From: Eledone cirrhosa
Taxonomy: Eukaryota
Direction: 5' to 3'
Assembly (NCBI GenBank): GCA_964016885.1
Contig: OZ024742.1
Span: 55,862,001-55,926,000 of the forward strand
DNA: 64,000 bases
Below are positions 25,519 through 39,635 of this stretch, piece after piece. Numbering within the stretch: position 1 is the first letter of the stretch; every line of letters begins with the position of its first letter. The notes below the pieces were generated by a model. It saw only the letters and a program-made list of their open reading frames with translations. It did no database searches and was not told the origin of the DNA. Both the position numbers and the translations under genes were made by a program.

Positions 25519-25644
25519 ATTGCTTTACGATCATTTCGGAGGGTTGAACATATTCACATATCGACTGATCTATAGCAGTTATATAACTGTATACTATCAG
25601 ACATCAAATATAGGTTCGATCAAACCGCCTTCTTCGGAAACAAT
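25519..25644 (-). ncRNA. Type I hammerhead with CCGAAGA core and 93-nt stem II
   Basis: AUUGUUU-CCGAAGA-[93-nt hairpin]-GAAA-UGAUCG-UA|AAGCAAU; 7-bp stem I. Confidence 0.65.
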
Positions 25645-25948
25645 CTATATATATGAAAAATATGAATATGATATGGGAAAAAGTATTATAACCAAAAATC
25701 GGTACAAGAGCTGTAAATGTCAGTGTCATTGTTGATATATAATAAACTTAATATATACACTCAAATGGAAACTATATATATAATTTGTTTGCTTGTACAT
25801 TTAACTAATCTGAAATGTGGTTTGCATTTTAGTGTATATATTAAGTTTATATTATATCAACAATGACACTGAGATTTACACCTCTTGCATCGATATTTTG
25901 GTTATAATATTTTTTACGATATCATATTTATATTGTTCATATATATAT

Positions 25949-25979
<31 letters not shown>

Positions 25980-26077
25980 GGAAAATATACCTTTTCCTAT
26001 CACCCACTCTACTACCCTGAGTATTGAGTACGCTGGTGCGTTATGGTCCATCTGGTTCCTTATCACAATTCCTTCGT

Positions 26078-26106
<29 letters not shown>

Positions 26107-26108
<2 letters not shown>

Positions 26109-26640
26109 CGTTTCTGAATTTGTTTAGCAACATTCTTTATCTGAAAACGTGTGTTGAAACCGATATTGTTATACTTTCGGAGGGTCATGTTGCCAATAAG
26201 AAACACACGCACCAGCTGCTTTCACTTCAATTTATTAATTTAGGAATTTAGGAATTTATAAATTTCTGGTTGGTTGGTTGGTTCCACAACCAGATAGTTG
26301 TTTATATATTGTCAAAGTTCTTTCGCCACACATTCTGTGACCTCTTCAGTGACTGGGGATTCTTTTCTTTGTTTTTGTGCCTCTCCTTTGTTCTGTCACA
26401 AAATGGCGTAGGACAGAACAAACGGGAGGCATAAAAACAAAGAAAAGAATCCCCAGAATGTGTGACGAAAGAACTTTGACAATATATAAACAACTATCTG
26501 GTTGTGGAACCAATCAACCAACCAGAAATTTATAAATTCCTAAATTCCTAAATTTATAAATTTATTATAATAAATTGAAGTGAAAGCGTTTGGTGCGTGT
26601 TTTTCTTATTGGCAACATGACCCTCCCAAAGTATAACAAT
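26107..26640. repeat. Inverted PLE-type terminal repeat between (TA)n tracts
   Basis: 26165-26337 is the reverse complement of 26454-26640; the tail 26107-26163 is on the left arm only. Confidence 0.88.
26311..26353 (-). ncRNA. Minimal type I hammerhead
   Basis: GUCA-CUGAAGA-G GUCACA GAAUG UGUGGC-GAAA-GAAC-UU|UGAC. Confidence 0.7.
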
Positions 26641-26858
26641 ATATATATATATATATATATGCATATATGCATGTATATATATATGTATATATGTATATAT
26701 ACATACATATATGTATATATGTATTCTAACTAGAGGTGAAGCACCAAATTTAAACGTATATATATATATACATATATATATACATATATATACATATATA
26801 TGTATATATACATATATATGTATATATATATGGATATATATGTATATATATATATATG

Positions 26859-26922
<64 letters not shown>

Positions 26923-27120
26923 CGTTTACATTTGGTTCACCGCTAGTTAGAATTAGCCATGATGTAATAGATAGTAAGAAAGCATTCGACGTTACGCAAC
27001 TCATCCATAATTTGTGCTGAAACCTGTTGGTGGTGCGGGAACAGAGTTAAATATTATATTATAGAGTAAAATGACAGGAGGCCGGAGAGGTTGAATTCCT
27101 TCAATTATTTATTACTGCAA

Positions 27121-27178
27121 ATACTATGCACATTTCAGTGGACATGTTACGTAAGAACCCGGTGACATCATCAGATAT
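27121..27178 (-). ncRNA. Minimal hammerhead-like motif
   Basis: AUAU-CUGAUGA-[weak stem II]-GAAA-UGUGCA-UA|GUAU. Confidence 0.55.
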
Positions 27179-30100
27179 ATATATACCAAAAGAATAATGG
27201 TAAAAACATTCCAATAGGCTTTATGGAAAAAAGCAAAGAAAAAAACAGAGAAGAAATGTACTTTCTATTTGTTTTTTTACTCAAAACACACACACTTAAG
27301 TATGTATATATATATATATATATATATTTGTGTGTGTGTGTGTGTCTACGTGTGTGTGTCGGTGTACGTGTGTGTGTATGTGCGCGTGTGTGTGTGTGTG
27401 CGTGTGTAGTAAAAAAGCGACAAATAATTTTAAAAGCCGTTACAATGCAGTAGAAAAATACGACGGACAAATGATAACAAATGAGACAATACAAAGCAAA
27501 TCAATTGTTTACTCGGTGTATTTTAGCATGATATTTCAGGACTACTCCCCTCTTTTCAGATGGGATGCTGAAACAGTGCAAGACATAACAAAGGAACGAT
27601 CAGAGATTTTACAGTTTTCTTCCCTGACTGGTTTATGTGTTTGCAAACTACATGCACAAGCGCGGCGTAGCTACTGTAACCCTCCTGCCTAGTGTATTTC
27701 TGACCTATTATTTATCTCTGGTATTATTCGGCTGATGAAAATGGAGTTCCTATTCCTTAAATTTCTCATATTCATTTTAATCGCTTCACTGGTGACGTCA
27801 ATAACTTGCTTGCGGCATCTGTGAAGATGTTTTTTAATGTAAGAGACTCTTTTACGACTCACTACATATCTCACAATGCTTCGTATTAAAACACTACTGT
27901 ATATAACCAAATGGCAAAACATGGCATATGATGAACAATATAGACAGTGTAAACGAAATCCTATCGCTATGAAACTTTTATTGATATTTAGTTTGTTTAG
28001 CATTGTTTTAATTGGAGTTGATTGACCTACTAATATTTGTAAATTTTATATACTATCACCATAACCTTGCGTTTTAGCTTGAACGTGTATATTTTCGTAG
28101 CTTCGGAAAGCCTTTCTGTTACATTAATTATTTATTTTCCTAATGACGTGTATCTGAGTTCAGCTCATCTTTTACAAATTAGCTCAACTATTTTGTCTGT
28201 GATATAAGCTTCAGCGGAGTACTTTTAGAAGAAATGTATAGAAATTATCCACTTGATCTATGCAATACGATAAACCGATGTAATATTATTTCTTCCAATT
28301 ATATCTTAATATCGAGATGTGAACATAACTAATTGAACAATGCCCATATTTAAGTATTTTGCAAGAATGCCTTGTTTTCGTTCGTTGTCCTGTCCTCTCA
28401 TTGTTAATTTTCTTACGTTTATCATTACTAATCATTGACCACTGTGTTATCTCTTCAGCCCGCATTCATTTCAATGGCTTATATGTTTTAACACGTTATT
28501 TTAGTAAACCTCTTCTTCTCGCCTTTTTCTTCCTTTTTTTCTTACTTTCTTTTCCTTTGTTGCATTCATGGGGCCTTGGTGCTATAAAAATCACAATACT
28601 TTTTCCTGGCACAATACTTTTTCCTGGCTTGAGACACCGGGTGGCGCAGCAGGAACGTGGGTAGGGATGGAAACTCCCAAAGTCCACCTCAACGGACGGT
28701 GATCTTGGAACCCTGTGTTTTTCGTTTGTATTTTCTTTTTTTATAACTTGTTAAGTTTTATTTTTTCTTTGTTATCGGTCGTTCGTTGTCTTGTTTTCTC
28801 TTTGTTAATTTCATACGCTATGAAAGGGCTTGCTGAACACACAAACCGAAACTGTTTGGCGCTGTGGTCGAGATTTTACGTCTCTCCTTCTCTCCCTCTC
28901 TCAAAATGCATTATTTGCAATCCGTATAGAAAGAATTAAATTATCTCCCTCGGTACGCAGTAAAAGATCATTACTGATGAGAGATGAAGATACTGATATA
29001 CAAGCTTTGACGTTCTCACAAGGTTACAGAGTTAGCTTTGACATGATCACAACTTGAAATAACCAAAACGACCCTCAGTATTTTGTTCAGGCAAATACTG
29101 GCAGAAAGCTCATCAAATCCAGACCACGAACCCCGAGTGGCGAGCCAACATCTTGACCACCAGTCTTCACATTTTTTGAGAAAAGTATACATGGTTTTTA
29201 ATCAAATGTTATACTCTTTTAGCACTTTAAATATTAGCTTTTGATACAAAACGTAAATGAACTTGTCATTAACATGCTATCGGTAAATAAATATATTGAA
29301 CTACCACCCTATATTATATGACATACTTAACTACCATCCAATAGTATAATTTATATATATGAAATACTTAACTTCCATCCAATGTTATATGATATGTTTT
29401 ACTACCATCGAGTAGTACATGATATCTTAAACTACGATCCAATACATTTTGATATATTTAACTATCTTCAAACAGAGTGGTATATTTATTTAACTGCCAT
29501 AGAATAGAGTATGACAATAACATATTGCAATTGATCTGATTACAATTATGTTTATTTCTTTATACTACGTTATGATTAGGTCATAACAATATTTTCTTTT
29601 CAGCTCAATTAGAATGTTTACTAGTTGAGCAGTTCGGTGTGTATTATTTGCAATATTAATCAACTTGATAGTTTCCTACTTTTTATGCTTCTATTATATT
29701 TTTTATATTATATTATTTATATTTTGTATTCTTTTCTGTCTGAAATTACAGCTCTCTATACTTTCATTGTTTCTATTTATTTTTCTTTTTAAGATTCGGT
29801 TTCCTATCAATTTTTATACGGTGTGACTCCTTTTCTTATAGATCTGTTCAATATTGCTTTATTTTCTATCTGAGAGTCGCTTCCTTACTTTAATTGTATC
29901 ATTTTTTTTTCACAGCTCATACAGTATCGCTTCTCTATTCCCACTCTAACTTACTAATCTATTCCTCTCAATATGCTTTATAATTTCTTTCTCTTTTTTA
30001 TGTAGTTCATATACATTTGATCTTGATCTGTCGTGGATCTGATACGTTCGATTTATTCTGTATGTAGAGAAGTTTCAATTGTTAATCAACTCTCCCTTCC

Positions 30101-31536
30101 CTGTATAAAATGTTCCTATTGTTGTAAAGCATTGGACTTATAGATATAAGTAGCAATCAATTCCCATGAGTGTGTGTTTTCGGATGTTTTTTATATATAT
30201 AAATCGGTATCCCAATTTTCGAGTATGTGACTGTGCAGAAATACTTGTGCACAGGGAATGACAAATGTTTTCAGTTAATGGAATACAATTATATTATGAC
30301 AGCTGGTAATTTACATCTGCATTCCCTACCATTCAACCATACTGATTTGCAAAGCAAATCGAATTTTGGATTATAATGATTTGTAAGCCCAATAATGATT
30401 GGGAAGTCGTAGTTGAAATGTTCATATTTATGTAGATATTTCGCTTTTTGAGGAGAAAATCTTTTTTTTTTCCAAGTGACAATTAGGTGAATGTTTTATC
30501 TCTATTCTGCACATCGTTCTATGGAATAATCCTCAATGGCAATAGGCAAAGTACCATTCTGTTTATATGTTGCACATACTATACTGTATTTTAGATACGT
30601 CATGGCAGTTTTACTTAATATATCACATACAAATATTTACAAAATATAGCGAATAAAACATTTCGTTAAGGGAACACAAGACACTCATACAGTTTCATAT
30701 ATTTCCAATTTCAGGAATCAGAATCACATTCACAGATGTGTAAATGCGTGGCATAGTGCTTAAGCCGACGATCATAAGGTTGAAGGTTCGATTTGTCGAA
30801 TGGATTTAACGTTGTAGTCATATGTAAACACAACCTACCACGTTGCTTTTCATTATAGAAGTTGAAGACATCATTAAAACACCCTAGAACCTTTCCTTTG
30901 ATGCAGCCTAGGAAGAGGACAAGTATATCTCCATTTCATTTGTTTTCGGTTTCTATTTAAGAAGATCAAGTAATACCAAATTGTGTTTCCTTCACAAAGG
31001 CTCTGATTAGGCAAGTTCTTTTTTTTTAAACGATATCCATCGATTTATCTTCGTTTGATTTATTCGTTTGTAAATAAAACACATACCATGATAACATCAC
31101 ACACTATAAGTTAAGGAGCTCCTTTTATACAGATATAGTACATAAGCAGATAGTATGTAAACACATGGTTTGTAAGAACATAGTATGTAAGCACGTCTAT
31201 TCGTTTTTAATCTCACGTTATAACCATGTATATTATACAAAGATTTAGAATTTAAGACATTCTAGTATTGAATTTACGATTAATAACTATTAATTGATAT
31301 TGGAGTTCAAATTCCGCATCATTTCACGGCTTCTGCCAGTAGTTGTACAATACAGATAGTATCAGTCATAGAAAGACCAATGGAAACATTTTCTTTAAAC
31401 TGAGTGGACAATAATCTCATTAAAATACATAAACCGTCAGGATTGTAGCTCAAAACATATCTAAATTACATATACCATTCATGATACAAGCTGAATCCTC
31501 ATATATTTCAGAATATCCAAATAAATAGACCCCCCC

Positions 31537-31590
<54 letters not shown>

Positions 31591-31799
31591 CTTTGAAAGT
31601 GATTGTTTAATATGATAAAAATATCAAATTTGGGAAACTTTCCTAATATTATAACATTTTCTTGAAATAACGAAACACTAAAATTAACCATGCAAAAAAT
31701 GGAAGAAAATACATCTACTTGCTGACAAACTAAAAATAAAAATACAATGGATTTTAATACATAGAATTCCTTCATATGTAAAGAACTAAATAAAATTTA

Positions 31800-32740
31800 T
31801 AAAAAAAAACAAACAGAGCTAAATTAAATTACATCTATAGTCCAGGCGAAAATATTGTGAAACAACTAAATTTGGAAAAATACACTGAACGTGATATACC
31901 TAAAACTCCTGTAGCCTAAAAACCATAAAAAAGACTTCAAAAATAACCCATTGATTATATTAAAATGACCTTCACCTTCGAATGTAGGAAGAATTAGTAA
32001 AATACCTTCGATATCAAACAGAAAACCGCACTTAACTTATGTGTTATGGGGGGGGGGGGGGATGAATTTAGATAATAAGAATAAAGTGAAATTATTACAG
32101 TTTATTGACAACTACTATGCTTCTATTTTTCTTACCCTCCTTAATGAAATATTTTCTACGGCTTTAGACTTTACTATTATTACTAGATAAGAAATAGATA
32201 TGGAATTTAATGGTAGCTGTTGGACCAGAAAAAATCGTCCAAACAACTTCTACATTACGATAGGTTAAAGTTACTTGGCCAAGTAACTGATTTCATAGGT
32301 CTGTTTTACACCAACAAATTATAAAGCAATTTCACTAGCATTGGTGTGGCGTGGTATATATATATATATATATATAGAAGATGCGCTTTTCACCTTCAAA
32401 AATTCAAGCAATTTGGCCTTTGAGAGAATGAAAAAAATCATATGTATAAGTTTTTAAAACAATATCACCTAGCTATAACAATGGAAAACAATACAAAGAT
32501 TGTTAACTTCTTAGATGTTATACTGGATGTAAATACTGAACTATTTTGGCTCTAAAATATTTTTTAGCATTTTAGAAAACGATTTTCTCGAGGAACATAA
32601 ATACTAGAGTAAAATAAACAAAAATTGTAGTAAATTATCTGTCACCACCACAACTAATTTAGCAGAATATTTGGCCATAAATAATAATAAAAGTAATTTT
32701 ATATAAACTAGAGCAAATAACTCCTCACCGAACTAACAAC
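31800..32740 (+). mobile_element. Highly degenerate Hydra-clade-like PLE RT remnant
   Basis: NHKKDFKNNP..PSNVGRISK; EDALF; IVNFLDVILDVNT; TTTNLAEYLAINNNK. Confidence 0.7.
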
Positions 32741-32744
32741 ATGG

Positions 32745-34030
32745 CCATAGTATCGGAGATGTGCTCTCTGAATTGAGTGTCTCTCTGATCTCTGAGCTAC
32801 CTACTCTACCGAGTAAGGTTAATCATAAGACCCTTCGGAGGAACCCCCGTTTCGGCTGCTTGTATACGCCGTCGAATTCTTTCCGTCATTCCACAAGATA
32901 CATGACCATAGGTAAGGGTTGGTACGATATGGAATGGAAGATAGCGAGTTAGGCTTTTACATCTACCTGCATTCTTCTGATAACTCCAGCAATTCTTGCA
33001 TTTGATTCAGTCTCCTGCCTTCTGTCACTCGTGAACACGGCCTCGACATTTGAACTTCACCACATGCTTTAGTGGAACTCCATTCACATGTAGAGTCCAC
33101 TGCTCAGGCTTCCTTGAGAGGACAGCAGGGATTTCATTCAGCGCACAGCATCAAATCATTCAAGTGCTAGTGGGAAATCACCTTCTGTCGAATTATGTTA
33201 CAGTATGTCGTCTGCAAATTCCAGCTGACTGATTTTACACCTGCCACTCATGATACCACTTCCAGCACGACATTTGTATAGTGACACCAGGGCAGCAACA
33301 AGCTGACCCTCGATCCCATGCACATGCTGATCCTTCCACAGCTGTTCCCAAGGAACGCGGTCATATGTCATTTTAAGGTCTATAAAATAAGTATATACCT
33401 CTTGGCAATACTCCCACGATTTCTAGAAGACCTGCCCCAGTGTGAATATTTGATTGGCTTTGTGGCGTCCGGGGAAAACTCCATACTGTTCAGCAGCTAG
33501 CATGGACTCGACAGTCTCTCTACATCTCTTTGCCAGACAGCATACATTTTGCGATTGTTCCTGTTTGCTTGTAGCGCAAGTGTTAGAAGGAGGATTAATT
33601 TCCAAGCAAAGCTTTGTAGGACTTCTTTTTTCTGGTAGCATCTTTGACCTCTTGATTGAATCAAGGGCGCTCATGCCACCGGGCGCCACAGTGAGCTTCT
33701 TTCTTCCGCAGCATTTAAGGGCGGATTCAGAACAGGCTGAGCTGAACAATCTTAACGCTGTCTCAACGTCCACAGTTTTTTCAGAGAGTTCTTTGAATTT
33801 GGATACTATAGTATCTGCATAGCAGGTCTTCACATCCTTATGTACCATTGTTTCCCACGTGATCCTGTAATCACCCTGGACCTGCCAGTTTTGTGTACTT
33901 TTTTGGCTTTAGGTAGTCACAAGTTGCAGATAACTAGATGGTGATCAATTTGACAGCTTAGCCATTCTGTTAACACGAACAGCCAACAGAGAATCGAAGA
34001 GATCAGACACAATAATGAAATCAATTATTG
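32745..34030 (-). mobile_element. RTE-clade LINE fragment with internal deletions
   Basis: EQYG..PGR..NQIFTLGQV in ORF 33423-33848; the 32750-33050 part is homologous to the reverse complement of 5970-6300; SIIDFIIVS..DHHLV endonuclease end near 33940-34030. Confidence 0.8.
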
Positions 34031-34347
34031 ATCAAAGAAGTCTTTAATATCTTCAAGCTTATTTAATATTGTTTTATGCTGTCCGAAAAGCTCATACTAT
34101 CTAAATGGTAGTCATCAGCGTAATATATATCACAGAAAATAAATAAAACGAAATCAACTGCCTATGGCCTCCGATCTTTGTAAAAGGATATATATATATA
34201 CTTGTATAAGCATAAGTATGGTAAAATTCCAGGTGGACCACAACCCACCGGAGTACTCGAAACTTGAGGTAGTTGAGTGGGTAATATGAAAAGATTCATG
34301 ACACCGACGGCCGCAGCTCAGCTGTCGGCGGGGTTGTGAATCGTTTC

Positions 34348-34386
<39 letters not shown>

Positions 34387-34563
34387 ATAATAATACTATT
34401 TATAGTTATGTATATAGTATAAACAACTATAAACAGGAAGGTCAGTAATTTCTTAATTACCTTATTACCAGTAAGAGAAATAGCTCAATGTATGAACATC
34501 AGTTGTTTTACAGAGCAGTAAATAAATAAATTATACAATTATCAAAGTTGTGTTCAAATCATT

Positions 34564-34617
34564 TAATAGCTGACAATCGTTTCTTCCAAACTCTCGTTTG
34601 GATTCATCGGAGCATTA
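34564..34617 (-). ncRNA. Type I hammerhead with CCGAUGA core
   Basis: UAAUGCU-CCGAUGA-AUCCAAAC GAGA GUUUGGAA-GAAA-CGAUUG-UC|AGCUAUUA. Confidence 0.75.
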
Positions 34618-35955
34618 TCAATGTTTGCACATATAATTACCTTCCTATTCAATTGTACAATAATATAGATACATATAAATTGATGTTGTGAGCAACAATT
34701 TCGTATTTACAGGGTGGAATGGATGTGACATATATTTTACGAGAATTGTACAATAATTGTACAAACATTTAAGTTCAAATTCAAATCAAAATTAAAATTA
34801 AAATCAAAAGCACTGAGTGGAATACATGCAACAGTTAAAACAAGGGAATAGTCCAAATATTAAAGAGGCATTGAGGAAGCAGTTTTGAGAAAGGAAGAGT
34901 GCGATAACAAATAATATGCAGGTGTGTGGATAGTGTGACTGCGTAAGTCATATACATGAGAAGGAGACAAGCAAAGCTATTATGCATATATAGATGAATA
35001 AATACTACAGTTGTTGCAAATATGTTAATGTATTAGAGTCTATGGTGGATGTTGAATGTTGATGGTGTTCGAATTAATGTGTGTTGAGAAACATACAGTT
35101 TTTGCAGACTTTTCCATGACATATGTTGAATTAAATTTTAGTTAATGTATATATTGAGTGTTTTAAATTAGTTAGAGCAATGGATTGTAAATTAGTCTTA
35201 ATGAATTCATATTCATAGACTATATTTGATCAACCGTTAAATTTTCAATCGTTAATTTCCGGAAGTGAATAAGAGGAACTAATGCGTAAGGGGAGGTAAC
35301 TAGCTAATTAAGTTCAATTCAGTTATTAAAATTCTTTGTTCTAATACACAATATAATGTGATACCATTGGATCTCTGTTACATAACCCTGTATATGTATG
35401 CCTGATTTTAAATACAGTGTATTCTACTATCATACATTAAAGGTTTCTTTAGATTGTTATCTATTCATTACTGGACAAGGTATATGTTAGATGGATTATA
35501 CAGCTGTTAATATGTCATAATAGATATGCTATATGTGTAATAATATAACCCTAATATAGAATGCTATTACATTTTATATTTAATTATAAGTGTATATATA
35601 CTTTATTATTATTATGTTGTGTAATTTAAGCATTTAATTATACAATTACAAATGCACTCATAGTCTATCACCACACATTACATTAAATGTCTCTACATAC
35701 CAAGTGCCAAATATCCATTACTTTATAAGATATAAATAATCTATTGTAGTTATATCACAAGGTGGTAACTCTATGTCTAATTCTAACTGATATTGCAGAG
35801 CATAAGGTTACAGATGAAGAGGAGTTGTGTAACGGAAAGAGTTGGTCGAGGGGTTTGTGGTTGTGGTTGCTGCTAAGTCCTAGATGTGTACTGTTAATGG
35901 TGGTGGAATTCAAATCTGTTAATGGTGGGGAATTCAAATCTGACTTTGTTGTATA

Positions 35956-36507
35956 CTAACAGCTAGGTTTAAAGTTATGGAGCGAGTGTCGGCACTGGTG
36001 TTGGCACGAGGAAAATGTCTCTGACTTTCTATTAGGGAGGTCTAGTTTCGAAAGGATTATAGTATGGGTCTCCAGAAGGCAGAGATTACACAATTTATTC
36101 GGTGGTTTATACGATGGGACCCTACCTACTACTTCATATTGCAGTGTAAATGGTCCATTCCTAGTTTTCAGAGAGTGTATGTAGCTAGATAAAGATGTGA
36201 AGCTGGCTAGATTGTGTTTCTTGAAAGTGTGGAGGTGCGAGTTGTATCTTGTCTTGAAGTTGTTCGAAGTAGAACCTATATATATTTTAGAAGAGTTGTG
36301 TGCGTTGACGGTGCATGAGTAGATGATGTCTTTGGTTAAGCAATTATTACCTAAGAGGCAAGTTCTATTAGTTCTACAGTTACATTTATTCTGGGTGTTA
36401 GCTTGTCGGTTCCTATGTTGTGAAGAATTCTCGTTGCTAGAGGTAACACTAGGGTAATGATGCCTATCATTCGTATTGTTATTGATTTCATAATTTGATT
36501 TTATCAT
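35956..36507 (-). pseudogene. PLE GIY-YIG endonuclease fragment
   Basis: CNCRTNRTCLLGNNCL; IIYSC..IYIGSTSNNFKTRYNSH; CNLCLLE; NRKSE..SCQH. Confidence 0.88.
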
Positions 36508-37179
36508 TATTACTATTATTACTACTATTGTTTACAGGTACTAAGTTTACTTCCTGTTGTGTTTTAATTAGTTGGAAATAGTTATTAATCTTTCTTTTAT
36601 TACTACTAGCTATATGGTATGCTATGTTAGGAGTGGTGGAGTACGATTTTTAATTGTATTTTTATTAAAAGTACTTGTGGCAGGTCGGTAAGTCTTTTCC
36701 TAGGATTGAGAAGAAAGCCTTAGGCAAGTTGGTAGAGACGTTTGGATTGAAAGGGGGATTGAAGAATGTATTTGTTCTCCTTCTATTTTTGTTTATAGTA
36801 TTGGTTTTTGAGGTATTTATATCCTTGTTTAAATTATTATCGCGGTGTCTACTTTGGTGCGAGTTAAATTTGGTATTAATCTTCGTCTTAGGGTTTTTAC
36901 TATTTTTTTCATGGCCATATTATGAGAAATAATGTTGTAACTATGTGATTTTATAGGTAGGAATTCAATCGCATTCTTATATCCTGATTTAGCTAAGGCC
37001 TCATTATAGTATTGTGAATTATTGTTAAATGTTTGTACAATTATTGTACAATTCTCGTAAAATATATGTTACATCCATTCCACCCTGTAAATACGAAACT
37101 GTTGCTCACAACATCAATTTATATGTATCTATATTATTGTTCAGTTGAAGAGGAGGGTAATTATATGTGCAAACATTGA

Positions 37180-37233
37180 TAATGCTCTGATGATTCCAAA
37201 CGAGAGTTTGGAAGAAACGATTGTCAACTATTA
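37180..37233 (+). ncRNA. Type I hammerhead, canonical core
   Basis: UAAUGCU-CUGAUGA-UUCCAAAC GAGA GUUUGGAA-GAAA-CGAUUG-UC|AACUAUUA; one stem I mismatch. Confidence 0.75.
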
Positions 37234-37278
37234 CATGATTTGAACACAACTTTGATAATTGTATAATTTATATGTATA

Positions 37279-37410
<132 letters not shown>

Positions 37411-37424
37411 GTATATATATATAC

Positions 37425-37650
<226 letters not shown>

Positions 37651-37895
37651 TTAAATAAATAAAACTTTTTTCTTTCTTATTTGAATGTGGCAAAGCCGGC
37701 CATTTACAGCTAGTGTACAGGAAACTGACTGGCCAGCCTGCTGATATGCAAATATGGCTGATCAGTGGATCTGCTAATATGCAGATCTGACTTATCGCCC
37801 ACTGTGCTAATATGCAAATCAGGCCGATCAGTCACTGTATATTTTAGAAAATAGCATATATTTTCACTAGCTCTGACAGTTGGCAGGGGAACAGT

Positions 37896-37945
37896 GAATT
37901 GTACTGATGAAGGGTGATACCCAGAAACATTAGTGTCTGCAGTTC
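37896..37945 (+). ncRNA. Type I hammerhead, canonical core, all three stems formed
   Basis: GAAUUGUA-CUGAUGA-AGGG UGAUA CCCA-GAAA-CA UUAG UG-UC|UGCAGUUC. Confidence 0.88.
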
Positions 37946-38588
37946 TGTTTACATGCCAACACAAGAGCAAGAATAAAGCGTTCATTCTAGTGATATGGCT
38001 TTGAAAATGAGGCTTGTTTGCATAATTGCAAACGAATCGAATGTTATTATTAATTTTCGAAAAACTCAGATTACATTTATATATATATATATATCATTAT
38101 GAAAAAGTGATTGAAATATACTCATACACAGATCAGTATACACTAAGACATATCAAAACATAGAACTAGAGACAATATACACTGAAAGTAAGAATCGATA
38201 ATTCGTTGAGTATCTTATTAAATCTAATAAAAAATTTAAAACAAAATACCTGATAACGATCAAATATATTTCCCTCATATGTATCCTCCCCAAAATCAGA
38301 ATACCTTTCACCAAATAACAGTGAATTCCGATATTTTGAAACGGATCATCAGTGAGGAATTTCAAAATCATCTAATCTCACTCAATGCAGGTTTGAAAGT
38401 AGCTAAACGCACATGGTATCAACACATGAATTTTAGCACTAGCAACGACATGAAGGGTTCGCGTTCGCTAGAAATAGCAGTCCAACCTCTCGACTATAAA
38501 CAGCTCACCACATAAGCAGCAGACATATTATTATTATTACTTTCAGAGTAAAGGGAGTCATGAATGATACAAAATCAAACATATGTCT

Positions 38589-38669
<81 letters not shown>

Positions 38670-38754
38670 TTGAATGTATTTTCAAATAAAATTCGTTTGA
38701 ATGTTCTAGCTTTTTCTTTTCATACCGAGTATTAGAGATTATTGACTCGACCAC

Positions 38755-38798
<44 letters not shown>

Positions 38799-38801
<3 letters not shown>

Positions 38802-39035
38802 AACCAGTAAGATCCCGACAGCTGAGCTCAAGCCGTTTCGACGGCTAATTCTGGACTAAAACTTCATAAAATCACATAGTTACAACATTATTTCTCATAG
38901 TCCAGAATTAGCCGTCGAAACGGCTTGAGCTCAGCTGTCGGGGTCTTACTGGTTCCTATTACCCACTCTACTACCTCAAGTATTGAGTACTTTGGTGCGT
39001 TATGGTCCACCTGGTTCCTTACCACATTTCCTTCG

Positions 39036-39037
<2 letters not shown>
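38799..39037. repeat. Short inverted PLE-type terminus with a tail, between (TA)n tracts
   Basis: 38799-38858 is the reverse complement of 38898-38958. The tail tacccactctactacctcaag..ttccttcgtt also occurs near 26000 and 34215-34285 (reverse complement). It contains a GAAAC..GUC hammerhead 3' half. Confidence 0.88.
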
Positions 39038-39088
<51 letters not shown>

Positions 39089-39502
39089 TCATAAAACATG
39101 TCTATAGAATCACCAGATAAAATATATAAATATATACCATTTCCTCTCCCAAAGAGGTAACTAAATGTGTTCACTTTTCTCCTAATTTATTTTACACCTA
39201 ATTCTGTTTAATTGACTGTATATCTGGGCGATTCATACAAGCTGTCGAAATACTCGATAAATATTCCGTTACAACTGACGCGAAGGGCTGCTTTCGGTTA
39301 TTTGTCGGAGATTTCTTCATAGAAGCCTTTATTCTTATAGCTTGGTCTAATCGATTTTTTTTATGGTGAATTATGCTAATTGGCAGAAGAAATGGTATAT
39401 ATTTTATCTCGTGATTCTATAGACATGTTTTATGATATATAGCTCTGATTATTTAATTTATTAACTCTTCATTGAGCCACAAAGTGATCCGTTGCAAAAC
39501 AC

Positions 39503-39549
<47 letters not shown>

Positions 39550-39593
39550 AAGATGGCGTAGACATACAATACAACAGGAGAACACATAATAGC

Positions 39594-39635
39594 ACCACTG
39601 ACGATGTTGCAAATGTGCAACGAAAGAACTTTGTT
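39594..39635 (+). ncRNA. Minimal hammerhead related to 26311-26353
   Basis: acca-CUGACGA-U GUUGCA AAUG UGCAAC-GAAA-GAAC-UU|uguu; different stem II sequence with pairing kept. Confidence 0.6.

Larger units (their letters stand above)
34430..37270 (-). mobile_element. 5'-truncated Hydra-clade-like PLE with an inverted terminal copy (37027-37270)
   Basis: ORF 35956-36507 is the GIY-YIG; NTFFNPPFNPNVS lies near 36750; 34528-34770 is the reverse complement of 37027-37270. Confidence 0.9.

Noticed and set aside
30740-30800. tRNA-like segments (also near 43530 and 48725)
   Set aside because: No cloverleaf forms; they are decayed SINE heads.
27500-31450. Possible host exons in unique-looking DNA (also 40700-46000)
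   Set aside because: No ORF with recognisable domains or a supported splice chain; small exons cannot be excluded without RNA-seq.
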